Of a stretch of DNA of 64,000 nt, positions 46,201 to 57,645 are shown piece after piece. The notes beneath the pieces were generated by a model. That model did not search any database. It was not told where the DNA came from and worked only from the letters and a program-made list of their open reading frames with translations. Both the position numbers and the translations under genes were made by a program. This stretch comes from Rhynchopus sp. YZ270_cl-10 (taxonomy: Eukaryota): NCBI GenBank assembly GCA_964035575.1, contig OZ037833.1:2356001-2420000 (forward strand). The letters are read 5' to 3'. Positions within the stretch are counted from its first letter, which is position 1, and every line of letters begins with the position of its first letter.

Positions 46201-48759
46201 CTTTCAATTTTTTTTTCCCCCTGTGAGATGAATATTGTTGAAAAATGGTAGAGTTGTTTTGCCCTGTGCATGCAATATTCACAATTTTTCTTTTAGTCAC
46301 TCACCATACAAAAAAGCCTGGCATTGCAGGTATCCTTTCTCAGTTGTGTTTTTTTTGTTTAGATTTTTGGATTTTGGGAAAAAAAAAACAAAACGTGGCA
46401 ACGATAAAAGACCATCTTCCTATTTTCAAAGTCTTCACATGGTTTTTACTTGTCGCGTAACGTCCTTTTGTATGCTTTCTCTTCTTAGAATGGAAAGTCT
46501 ATGAAATTAGTTATGGGTCGATTTTTTTTTCTTCCCGCCATTATTTTACTTGCCACTTTTTTTTGAGAAGGTGTCTGAGTACAAGACACTTAGGATCATC
46601 TTCCCAACTTTTCTTGAAGATGTCTGCGCGGAAGCATATTTCATTTCTCAAGTGTTCTTTTTCAAGGTGAAGCACAGAGGCCAGGCTTTCGGTTCATCTT
46701 CATAAACGTTTCTTTCCCTTTTTTTATGAGGTTCAGCATGTCCGCAGTAACATTTTTTTTTTCTTCTTTTTTTTTTCCAGCAACGGTCTTTAGCTAGCTC
46801 GCGTCAGGAATGCTATCCCCCTCTGTCCCCCCCAGCTTCTTTTCTACAGTAAAATGCACCATTTTTATTTTTTTGTGCATCTAAAAAAAATTGCCCTTCC
46901 CATGAGGTCATCTTACTACTCCACCCTATACTTATATGTGTCTCGCGGTGTCCTTTTCATCTGACAAACTCTTTTCAAAGGTGACTGAGCACGACTCAGA
47001 ATCATCTTTCAAAACTAATCTTAGATGTGCACGAGAGGCATTTATCTATGTTTTCTTTTTTTTTAAAAAAGATGTGAACACGAGAAGGGGGCACATTCGT
47101 TCATTATTCTTTCAGTACCTACGTCTCGCCTCCGTCCGGTGATGCGTTTGTACTATCAACTCTGTTTTTGTCGATTTTTTTATTCTCTCCAAACACGATA
47201 CGAAACACAACCCATACCCAGAGTAGTTTCTGTTTGTGATAACGTCTGTTTTTTTTTTAAAGGTTTCCATGATAACGATTGTGATTTAGCTGAGCTGCGC
47301 TCTGTGCAGTAAGACTTAGATCATCTTCCAAACGTTTTCCCCTTTTTTGAGATATATGTGCGTGGCACATTCATCTTTCAAATTTTCTCTTTTTTTTGCC
47401 TTTTCCAAATAGGGTGTCAAGCTTTCAGAACTGTATATTTGTGACATTCTGTTTGGTTCTATTTTAAATATATTTTTTTTATGTGATCAAAGGTGACTAA
47501 ATGAGGCTTAGGGTCAGCTTATAAAATTTTCTCTTTTTTTTTTGCTGAGGTTCATTTATCCCGATGCGGTAACGCTTGTGGAAATAGAAAAAGAATGTGA
47601 TGTGCTCCCATCGCCTGCATTTCATCTTGCAAGCTCTCTCTTGTAGTTTTCCTTCTTGCAGGGACGTTGTCAAGGAGAGTTTGGTTTCAAAGATGTTTGC
47701 GAAGTGGGTACGTACCATGTGTTAGTGCTCTGCTTCTTTGTGATCAATGGGTCATCGTTGTAAATCGCTGTAGTCTGGCGGATTGTAACTGATGATTTTG
47801 GCGTTAATTAGAGGTAAAAAAAAAAAAATAACTGAAATGAAACGCTAAGACTGTGCGAATTTGTTAACCCTTTTGTTTTTTTTTAGTATACCTACAACGC
47901 GTAGCTAAAAGGAGAAATAGTTTCCTCCGATACGGTCGCCCATCACCTCCAACAGGGTATTTGAGCGATCAACGAGACAACCTTTTTTTTTCCTTTTACC
48001 TATCAGAGTTACCTATTGAATAAAACTTAGACATGGAGGAGGGTGTGTTGTGTGAACGCAGGACACCCTTTATCTTAAGTGTTCTTTGTTGCATACAGCT
48101 CGAAACTACTTTTACTGTTGCTTTTACTTTTGCATTCTTTTTTTTTTTTTAGTCAGCCCATTGCCCGCTGTAGCGAGGGTCTATGCTACACAATTAGGGA
48201 AAGATGTATTGGCTGTACCCTACTTTCTTGCAAAAAAAAGAAACAAAAGATTTTTTTTTCAAAAAAAGAGGAGACGCTGATGGACGAAACTCCATCTTTC
48301 GACTGAAAATATATTATCTTAATCATTTGTTGCGTGGTGGCGTTGCTAACTAGAAGGGGGCGGGTGGTATTTTTGAACATTTATGAACAAATGTGTCCTG
48401 GCTCATTCATCATTGACGGGTCTTTCTTTGTTCTTTTTTTCTTTTCTTTTATTTATTTTGCAAGAATGATCTTGAAAGAGGTGCATGTGAGCCTATGAGG
48501 CCCATTCATCTTACAACCCGGTCTTTCCCTCTTTCCCCTCTCTTTTTGCTGCATATACAACGCGAGAGATGGGGTGACAACTCCATGGGATCTGTAATGC
48601 AAAAAAAAAAAAGGGCACCTTGTTTTGTTTTTTTTTTTTTTTTGAATTTAGTGTTGTATCACACCCACACAGACAGACACGGTTTCTTTGTTCTTTCTCT
48701 GCCTTTTTTTTGGGTTTTTGTTTGTTTTTGTTTTACAATGAAACACGCAACACATTGAG

Positions 48760-51549
48760 ATGGCTGTGCAGTGGAGCGTAGCGTTGTGCGCTTTGCTGTG
48801 TGTTGTTCCTGTAGGGGGTTTTTTGGATGAAAGGGTGTCAGGGACGACGTGCGAGAAGGATGTGGGATTTGAGGTGACGTCGCATGTAGAGTGCCAGCAG
48901 TATGCACTGCAGAATGGGTTGGTGATGTACGATGTGAAGTTCACGAACCACAACCGTGGCTGCAACATCATCACAGACTGCACGCAGCTGCCCGGGGGCG
49001 ACTGCGCAGAGTTCCCCAACGGCTCTGTGATGTACATCAACTCAGACATCTTCTACGTTGATGCAGTGTGCGAGACGTACTTCCCATGCCTCTGTAAAGA
49101 CTCTGCCAAAGCCGCACCACCCCTCCCCACCCTGCCCGCCAACATCGTCGAGGTCGCAGAAGGCTCAGGAGATAAGTGTCCGACAGAAGTCTCGATGCTT
49201 GTCTGTCTCCAGTACGCCACCAGCAAAGGGTTGAAGTTCTTCGCGTCAGCCAGCCTTGCCGTGAAGGGCTGTGTGTACGATACGAGAACAAATGAATTGC
49301 TGTACTCAATAAACGGCGACCTCGCGAGGTGTGGCGTCGAGAAGGATGTCATGTGCGTATGTGCGACGGAGACGACAGCGCCCCTCACGGCGGCACCTCC
49401 CACAGAGCCTCCGCTGACGTCTGTGCCGACAGTGGTGCCGACGCAAGCGCCAAAGACAGCAGCACCACTCACACTGCCGCCAGCGACACAGCCGCCAGCA
49501 ACTCAACCACCTCTGACGCAGCCACCTGCGACACAACCACCTGCGACACAGCCGCCGTTGACACAACCGCCAGCAACTCAACCACCTCTGACACAACCAC
49601 CTGCGACACAGCCGCCGTTGACACAGCCGCCAGCTACACTGCCGCCTGTGACACAACCGCCAGCAACTCAACCACCTCTTACGCAGCCACCTGCGACACA
49701 ACCGCCATTAACACAACCGCCTGTGACACAGCCACCTCTGACACAGCCGCCAGCAACACAACCGCCACTGACGGTATCACCACCCACACAACCACCTGCG
49801 ACGCAACCTACACAACCGCCAGCAACGCAGCCCCCAGCGACAGTATCACCACCGACACCTGCACCCGACACGTTCTCGCCCGCGACGCCGTGGCCAGCAA
49901 CACAGTCCCCAGCAACCCCCGCCCCGCTGACGGTGTCGCCCCCAACACCTGCGCCGACGACACCTTGGCCAGCAACACTGCCACCGCAGACACTTGCACC
50001 GTTGACAGTGGCGCCGACATCGACCCCCACACAGCCGCCCACTGCAGAGCCCACTGCTGTGCCTACTTCGATTCCTACCGTTGCACCGCAGACACTTACA
50101 CCGCCTCGCACGGGGCAGGTGATTGGGGGCAACGGTGGTGGTGTGGTGGCAGGGGTGACGGTGCTGTCTGCTGCCTCGGCTGCTTCTGCGGGGAGGATGG
50201 CGCTGCTGGCTGGGGTGGAGGCGTGCCGGCTGGACGTCGAGCATTTGGAGGAGCCGGAGTACCTGCCTTGGACTCTGCATCCCATACGGCTCACTGTCCA
50301 CGGGTCTGAATGGGTAGGCGCTGTGGTGGCGAACCTGGCGATCTGCGTGGTTGCGTCCTTCTTGGGCTGGGCGGCCGTCTACGCTGTACGCTTTATTGCA
50401 CCCACCTACGGCGACGCCTTTCAACAGCGCATGGATGTGCAGGGGATGCTGCGCATGCCTTCTGCGGTCCTCTTTTTGTTCACCATTCTGTACCAGGGCA
50501 CTTCTCTTGCATCTCTTCGCATGATGGTTGCAGGGACGCAGTGGTATTACGAGGTGGTAGGGGGGTTTGGCATTCTTGTTTGTTTGTACGTTCCTGTTCA
50601 TTTGCTTCTTCAATTCCGCAAGAACGTGCCGATGTACGCACGCTATGCCTTAGATGACCACAACCAAGGCAAGATGACGCACTTCCTCCTTGGCAAAGGC
50701 GAATGGGTCTCCACCGAACAGGAATACCACTGGGTGCAACGCTACAGCGTCATTGTGCGTCCCTACAAACAGCGCTACGTGTGGTGGGTCTGCATTGAGT
50801 ACCTCTCCATGCTTCTTCTCTCCGCCGCAAGCAGTGCACGTCTCAACGGGCACGTCAAATGCTGTGCACTCAAAACCACGAGCGCATTCATCCTATTCCT
50901 CCTCTTCGCAGCTGGGCTCTATATACGCCCATATCACAGACCACGGGACAACGTTTTGGCGCCTTTAATTAATTTGACACAGACCATTTCTGTTGTTTTG
51001 GTTGCGACGGGGTTTTGTAAGAACGATTCGTTGGACTTGGAGGAATGGATGTTTCGACGTTCAGAAGAGGTTTTGGTGGTGTCGGTGGTGATGCTGCTTA
51101 TCAAGCTTTGCTTGGACCTGGTAGCAGAGATCTATGTCTTCTACACCGGACGGCGTGTCACCATGCAGCACGCAGAATACCTCAGAAAGCCTGGCCGTGG
51201 TGCAGGCGACCCCATCCTCTACGGTGAAGAGGCAGAAATGATCGCCATAATCCCGGACGACTTCTCCGTCCTTGAAGACCTTTCGCCACGATCCATGCCC
51301 GCATCCCCGCCAGCATACGTCTCGCAAGCCCCCTCCCTCCTCGTACCCCCGCCCTCAGACATGCCGTCAGTCCCATCGCTCGCAGACCCCTTAATCTGTA
51401 GAGACACTTCCTCAACGTCCCTCCCAACACTAAGCAGTATCAGTGCAAAAGTTTCTAGTGTATGTTTGCGGGGGTGGTGGGGGGTTTGTATTTTCAGCTT
51501 TTATCTTTCATGCAATGTAATGAAACAAAAAGGCGGCGTTCGATCGTAA
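48760..51549 (+). CDS. surface multi-pass membrane protein, paralog of the 40677 gene (TQPPA/TQPPL stalk); 3' end uncertain
   Basis: 929-aa ORF with the same architecture and motifs. A probable donor gtatgt at 51460 means the true C-terminus may differ from the ORF end. Confidence 0.82.
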   Translation: MAVQWSVALCALLCVVPVGGFLDERVSGTTCEKDVGFEVTSHVECQQYALQNGLVMYDVKFTNHNRGCNIITDCTQLPGGDCAEFPNGSVMYINSDIFYVDAVCETYFPCLCKDSAKAAPPLPTLPANIVEVAEGSGDKCPTEVSMLVCLQYATSKGLKFFASASLAVKGCVYDTRTNELLYSINGDLARCGVEKDVMCVCATETTAPLTAAPPTEPPLTSVPTVVPTQAPKTAAPLTLPPATQPPATQPPLTQPPATQPPATQPPLTQPPATQPPLTQPPATQPPLTQPPATLPPVTQPPATQPPLTQPPATQPPLTQPPVTQPPLTQPPATQPPLTVSPPTQPPATQPTQPPATQPPATVSPPTPAPDTFSPATPWPATQSPATPAPLTVSPPTPAPTTPWPATLPPQTLAPLTVAPTSTPTQPPTAEPTAVPTSIPTVAPQTLTPPRTGQVIGGNGGGVVAGVTVLSAASAASAGRMALLAGVEACRLDVEHLEEPEYLPWTLHPIRLTVHGSEWVGAVVANLAICVVASFLGWAAVYAVRFIAPTYGDAFQQRMDVQGMLRMPSAVLFLFTILYQGTSLASLRMMVAGTQWYYEVVGGFGILVCLYVPVHLLLQFRKNVPMYARYALDDHNQGKMTHFLLGKGEWVSTEQEYHWVQRYSVIVRPYKQRYVWWVCIEYLSMLLLSAASSARLNGHVKCCALKTTSAFILFLLFAAGLYIRPYHRPRDNVLAPLINLTQTISVVLVATGFCKNDSLDLEEWMFRRSEEVLVVSVVMLLIKLCLDLVAEIYVFYTGRRVTMQHAEYLRKPGRGAGDPILYGEEAEMIAIIPDDFSVLEDLSPRSMPASPPAYVSQAPSLLVPPPSDMPSVPSLADPLICRDTSSTSLPTLSSISAKVSSVCLRGWWGVCIFSFYLSCNVMKQKGGVRS
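49480..49850 (+). repeat. coding 15-bp tandem repeat (TQPPA/TQPPL)
   Basis: ACACAACCGCC / ACACAGCCGCC units encoding the mucin-like stalk. Confidence 0.9.
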
Positions 51550-51717
51550 CAACATCTCTCGCCCTCATTTTGAGAAAATCAGAATTTGTATTACAACTCA
51601 GTTGTCTTTTCAAGAGATCAGTGGGGCGGTTGCTATTGTTTGGTTTTTTGTGATAGTTTTTGGTGTAGTGGATGAAATAATGTAGTGATGAGGTGTACAC
51701 TGATAAAATAAGTTGCG

Positions 51718-52336
51718 CAGAGTCCTAGCTTGCCTGGGTCAGTGGGTCAAGCTGACCCAAGTGCCTGGGTCGCGACCCACGAAAAAAAAAAAAAAAAGGA
51801 ATTAATTAATTTGGAAATTGGGAAATTCTGATTTTTTCCCCTCTTTGGGGGGGGGGCCCACCACCTTTTCTGGGGTAAGAAAAAAAATATCGACAAAAAA
51901 ATCGGCACCGTCCAGGGCTGGACCCAATTTTTTTTGCCTGCGGCGCCATTTTTCCTTTTTTGCTCCGCAAAAAAGGGTTCGTAGAGTGACTCTGTGGTGT
52001 AAAAAGCTACATTTTTACACCGTACCCTAATTTTTTTCGCCTGCGGCGCCATTTTATATATTTTGTGTTGGGTGATCTATGAACGGGGAGTGATTTTTAT
52101 GGTTATAGTAGCGTTCCACTTAACGTTGTGAGCAACTCACTAGTCGTAGTGGCCAAAATTTGTATCAGTCAAGAACTTGTCCATTTTTCTGAAATGACCC
52201 CACCACAGTGAGGGTAGAGCTCGGAAAACCCAAAAAAGCCAAGACAAGCCCCCCAAGGATCAAAACCTCTGCTGACCCAAAAAAAAAATTCTGACCCAGA
52301 TTTGGCATTTTTTTCCAAAACCAAGCTAGGACCCTG
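51718..52336. mobile_element. hAT-type MITE
   Basis: TIR CAGAGTCCTAGCTTG / CAAGCTAGGACCCTG (1 mismatch) and a perfect 8-bp TSD AAGTTGCG (51710-51717, 52337-52344). Confidence 0.88.
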
Positions 52337-53289
52337 AAGTTGCGAGTTGATAGCAAAAAAAAAATGAAATCACCATCAAATCCTCCACAGGTACACGTTG
52401 AACGGTCCAACTTCGAGAAATTCCTCTGCACTGCGACCGAAGGTGGATACCAAGAGCAGGTTTCAAAACGACTGGACAGCGAGGGCAACCCTATTACGAG
52501 GGTGCTGTTGTGAAAACTTAGTCTTCTCTATGTGCACGCGAGGGCACATACATTCATATTTCGGGTGTTCTTCTTCTTTTTGTTTTTTTTTTGTTTTGTT
52601 TCTATTTGGATTTGAACGAAAACACAATTTCAGTAATTATTTTCCGTAACGACAGAACCCCCCTACCTATGCACAGTAATCTAATAATAATTGCACAAAA
52701 TTGACGATTTTTTAGTTGAAAACCCCAATAGGGTGTAGGTCAACAACTTGCTCGAAAAGAACAGGTGGTCACGAAAAAGGGTATTAGTTTGCTCTTTTCA
52801 AAGGATGCAGAGGGATAGGAATCAGCCTTTACAATACGCTGAACCCTCCGGTAGGTGGATGGGGGTGGGGTAAGGGGGGGCGGGGGGGAGCGATCGAAGT
52901 AATTCTCCACACGAGGCCCATTTATGTATGGGTCTAGACAATGCACAGTTTTTGTGCAGGAAGATAGCGGATTTATTTCCTCTTGTATCTTTGAACATAA
53001 GGGATTGGTTTTTTCCCCTCATTTTAAAAATTTTTTTTTTTGCCTTTTCATGTTACTATCATTTATAGCGTGTGTGCGTTTTTTTGCTTGACTAAGCATG
53101 GCTTAGGTTCATTTTACCTTTTTTTTTTTTTTGAAAGAATGCATTCAGAGGTGGTCATTTATTTGAACCTTCGCGGTTCGAATGTACCCGCTGAGGTTCG
53201 GTGCCTGTCGTCCACAGGAGGCGTTTTGCACTTAACTTCCATTTCTTTCTGATTGACTGTCGCTTTGCTCTTAACCCCCTGCACGCCAA

Positions 53290-54483
53290 TTTGAAAAAAA
53301 GCGTCTATTTTAATAACGTTTAGGATAATGAGCTCGAAACCGGTCGCAATGGAAAGATTTTTGAATTTTCGGTATATATGAGTATGAGACTAGGAGTTTG
53401 GTCTCAAGGGAAATACCCTATTCCCTAGAGGGGTCCCTCGGGCGAGACGCTTTTTTTCATGCATTCTGACGCAGCACCCGGAATCACCGACAAATGCCGC
53501 ACACCGCGCGGGCTGCAAAATCATTTCAGAAAAGGAAAACTCTTGTTGCATTGTACGCAGATTCACTAAAATCTTTCAAATAACAAAAAAATCGAGCAAA
53601 AAGACCTACCTGGCTTCTGCGAGTGGTCTGCCTCAGATACACACCCCAAATAGGGGGTAAAAATAGGGGGTAAAAATCACAAAACGCTCCCCGGACAAAA
53701 CACCCAAAACGCGCACCTACCCGCACCGACCGCTTCAAGGGTCTGTAGGTGCGGAACTGCAGACGCCCTCTGTGTTACACCATTGTCTCGTCAACACTGA
53801 GACCTGCCGAAGGTGGTCTGAAGATCTCGACCCACTTCGCCTCGAGCAATTCCATCAAGGAACGGCACTTGTGCATGGGTCATTACTCGCTGTGTCTTCG
53901 TACGTTGTGGTGCCGGTAAATTTTTCTACACACAAAAAAACTTCTTTGGGGTTTGCGAAGACCCCAAGAGCACACAAAAACAAGCTGGAAAGTGGTCAGC
54001 TTCAAAGCCTGCTGCTAAGTCCGCAAAAAAGCAAAGACGCGTGTAGGTGGGGGTCTTGGGTAGTTTGTCAGGGGAGCGTGTTGTAATGTTGACCCTATTT
54101 TTACCCTATTTTTACCCCCTATTTGGGGGTGTGTATCTGAGGCAGACCACTCGCAGAAGCCAGGTAGGTCTTTTTGCTCGATTTTTTTGTTATTTGAAAG
54201 ATTTTAGTGAATCTGCGTACAATGCAACAAGAGTTTTCCTTTTTTGAAGTGATTTTGCAGCCCGCGCGGTGTGCGGCATTTGTCGGTGATCCCGGGTGCT
54301 GCGTCAGAATGCATGAAAAAAAGCGTCTCGCCCGAGGGACCCCTCTAGGGAATAGGGTATTTCCCTTGAGACCAAACTCCTAGTCTCATACTCATATATA
54401 CCGAAAATTCAAAAATCTTTCCATTGCGACCGGTTTCGAGCTCATTATCCTAAACGTTATCAAAATAGACACTTGTTTTCAAA
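53290..54483. repeat. ~400-bp near-perfect inverted repeat (arms ~53290-53720 and ~54043-54483)
   Basis: The arms are reverse complements with few mismatches; the same peptide text appears in ORFs 53526-53738(-) and 54047-54247(+). Confidence 0.92.
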
Positions 54484-54703
54484 CCCTCTTGCAAGAGGGT
54501 AAAAAAATCGTTTTTTGCCGCTTTTCATCCTTCAATTCCGAGTTGTTCCGTCTAGGGACGCAGGGGGGTCAAGGGACTTCTACTACTCAGAATAATTTAT
54601 TTTTTTTTATCGTTCTGGTCAAATTCTCGCGCGGCTTCCAATGGAATTGTCAGATTTCAGTTTTGACAAGTAGAATGCACAATGAATTTTCTCAAAACAT
54701 ATA

Positions 54704-55624
54704 CCGTAGTCGGAAAAATGTTGTAACGGAATAATGTTGTAACGCTGGAAAAAATGGCCCAGCGTTACAACATTATTCCGTTACAACATTTTTTTGGGGT
54801 TTATTTTTGTCTTAGGGATTTTTGCTGGTGCGGGGGTGGTTTTTGAAAAGAAAAATCTTGTGCCTCTGACGGTGGTGAAAAAAGGGCGGGGGGCGGGGGG
54901 ATGATGTTTTTTTTTTTTTTTTTGGTGTTGTTCAACTTAGCCGTAGGCTCGACTTTTTTTGTTCCACATCAAACTGGACAGGGCAAGGGGTATGCACATG
55001 AAAAGCACTTGGTCCGAGCGAAGCAGGGGCCAGACGTCTTACAATCTGTACAGTGCCGGTTAGTTAGAACGAGGCACAAAAGTGAACAAAACTAGAGATG
55101 GATTGTTATTGTCATCAGCACGGTCAGCACCATTGACAATTGAGGAAAAATGAGTATTAACATGGGAGAGCCTTTCCCGCTCGCGTGCTGCTTGCAGCGC
55201 TGACCTCATTTGCGACAGCACGAGATGTGCTGTCGTCTAGCCCCACTGCGCTTGCGGCGCTACCAGCAAGGAACGCCAGGTTGGGGGCATCTCCTCCTTC
55301 CGAAACAGGCTCGTGGGGATTGCGGCGCTTGCAGAATTGGGCTAATCCCATTTGTTTCATTTTTTATTTGGGTGAGGGGTGGGGGAGGACGTCGAAAAAC
55401 CTGAAACACTAATTATAGGCTTGAAATTGGGGTGTGGTGTGTGAGGTTGGGGATTATGCCGACTGTTCCAAAAAAAATCCCTAAGACAAAGTTCACCCCA
55501 GTCATAAAAATGTTGTAACGGAATAAAGTTACAACTTCCCGCGATCCGCAGCGTTACAACATTATTCCGTTACAACATTTTTACGTTCCAACATTTTTAC
55601 GTTCCAACATTTTTCCGACTACGG
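54704..55624. mobile_element. Tc1/mariner-pogo-type non-autonomous element nested in the piggyBac-like element
   Basis: TIR CCGTAGTCGGAAAAATGTTG / CAACATTTTTCCGACTACGG, TA on both sides, subterminal TGTTGTAACG repeats in both orientations. Confidence 0.8.
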
Positions 55625-55995
55625 TATATATGTTTTGGCGTGCAGGGGGTTAAAAATATATTGCGACACAAAAAAAATGGGAAGTTTCATGTCTGAATAT
55701 CTGCTTCATGGCAAGCCTTTGTTGTTCCTTCAGGAAAGAGTTGTATATTTTTTGGCTGTATTGTATTCTGATAGTAGTCTACCAAAAGAAAAAAACTTGG
55801 CGTACAATATTTGGGGGCAATTTAGCGCCCCTTTTTTTTGGACGACATTTTTTTACAATCAGATTACAGCTGATTTTTTTTTGCATATTTCTTTTCTGTT
55901 CTGAGGCGTTGATCATGCTAGATGTATTGCATCAGGTCTGATAGCATAGGGTGTGTGTCCCTACAGGTATGCAGTGTAGTGCAATTTGCTTCTTT

Positions 55996-55997
<2 letters not shown>

Positions 55998-56029
<32 letters not shown>
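55998..56029. repeat. (AG)n microsatellite
   Basis: About 16 AG units. Confidence 0.9.
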
Positions 56030-56030
<1 letters not shown>

Positions 56031-56623
56031 ATCGCAGGCCAACCTTTGCCCATCTACCTCACAGTATTTTTACCCCCCCTCAATTTTATCACTTATAGTT
56101 AAAGATGTGTGTACGTGCCCATGAAGCAACTTAATGCATCTTCTTCTTGATGTATATTTTCAAGTAGCTTTTAAGGTATGCAATATAACGCAATTTGTTT
56201 TTTCCCGTATCAAAGTGGACGCTGTTATTTGTTGTAGGAGGAAAAGTGAATATTTGCGGAAAGGTGGATGACTTAAGATACTTTCATCAAAAAAGAGAAA
56301 GTCCACAACTGAACAAAGGCCAAGTTACGGTACCGTTTCCTCTTCACAAATAAGATGTCCACGAATTGCATTTTTCACCTACAGAAAAGAACAGATTCTC
56401 CCCCCCTGCCCCCCCCAGTTTGTTGCTTTTGATTGCCTCTGATGTTGTGCAGTACAGCATTAATCACAAAAGTCGACAGAAGAACGATGTGGATGTGCGT
56501 GTTGCCTGCAACTCCACAGCCTGCTTTTTTCTCGCAAGCCATTGTATCATCGTTAACGTACAAACGTTTCATTTTGTTTACACCTTCACTATTTTCGCTG
56601 AACCCAGTCAAACAAAGGTTCGA

Positions 56624-56761
56624 ATTCTGTTTGGGTAAAGCGAAAATAAGACTGGTCGTCATTATATCAAAAGGACCGAACACCTTTGGTTTATTCTGGT
56701 TTTTTCATTACATTTCAGGTCAAGAAAAAATGGTCAGACCAGATGTCTTTTCTTTCTTTTT
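56624..56761 (+). repeat. ~140-bp near-identical direct repeat; second copy at 62591-62729
   Basis: ATTCTGTTTGGGTAAAGCGAAAATAAGACTGG..GGTCAGACCAGATGT present twice with about 2 differences. Confidence 0.9.
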
Positions 56762-57270
56762 CCTTATTATTGTCTCACATTTTGAGATGAACAAATTCAA
56801 AAAAAAGCCACGCAATCGGAGGTGCCTGCGTAAGCAACTACCAATTTTTTTATTTTATTTTACAAATCCGTTATTATTAAGACCTTCTATCCCCGTGTGG
56901 GATAATTTTCCATATCCTCCTGGTGCAACCCGTCATAGCATGGGGTGAACCATCGCCCCAGACAGTTCAAGGTCTTGGGAGCTGTTACTAAGATAAAAAT
57001 CTTCTTTCTTTTTTGCATGCATTTTTTTGCATTTTTTGTAGATAGTTGGACAAGATCAACTTTCCTCTCTCTGGGGGGGAAAAATAAATAAATCAGAATT
57101 AGGTCTTTGCACCTGGCAAGCTGATATACTGTTAGTATTCAAATACCCCTTCTCTCTTTCCCCCATCTTCTTAGGCCCTCTCTCGCTCTGATAGCGATGT
57201 TTTTGCAGTCCACCAATCTCCCTCTTATACACTACCTACATTCTAGCACTCTTCTTCTCACCTCACCTTC

Positions 57271-57403
57271 CACGGCAGACTGATCAGGGGGACTACTAGT
57301 AGTGTTATTAGGCCAAATGACTAGTGTTTTTACAACTAGTTTGATATCATTAGTCGAGTAAGCAACTAGTTCCACTAGGTAGTACCCCTGACTAGTCGTC
57401 GTG
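57271..57403. repeat. small ACTAGT-rich foldback element; shorter relative at 36323-36385
   Basis: Ends CACGGCAGACTGATCAGGGGGACTAC / GTAGTACCCCTGACTAGTCGTCGTG; similar ends at 36323 and 36385. Confidence 0.55.
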
Positions 57404-57645
57404 TCCAAGGCTGTCCCCTTATACCCCATCTACGAAGAACATTTATTCGAGTGGCATTGTACCTATTTCCCCCCACAGCAGTTTCAATCACGCTGAAAGT
57501 AGCTTCCCCTCCCCTTTTCCATCAAGTTTGTCCTCATCGTCCTTCCCTCAAACCCACATCCTTTCCCATGAAATAGGCAGTACTGGAAATTTTTCTTAGT
57601 TCGTCTTTTTTTTTTTTTTTCTCTTTTTTCACACAAAAAAAAAAA

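Larger units (their letters stand above)
53275..55649. mobile_element. non-autonomous piggyBac-like element with long internal inverted repeat and a nested element
   Basis: 15-bp TIR CCCCCTGCACGCCAA / TTGGCGTGCAGGGGG with TTAA at 53271-53274 and 55650-55653. Confidence 0.85.

Noticed and set aside
53275..55649. Autonomous transposase genes in any TIR element
   Set aside because: No long ORF or DDE/D motif is visible; only short coding-like remnants (e.g. 26277-26440, 25176-25469, 55157-55360).
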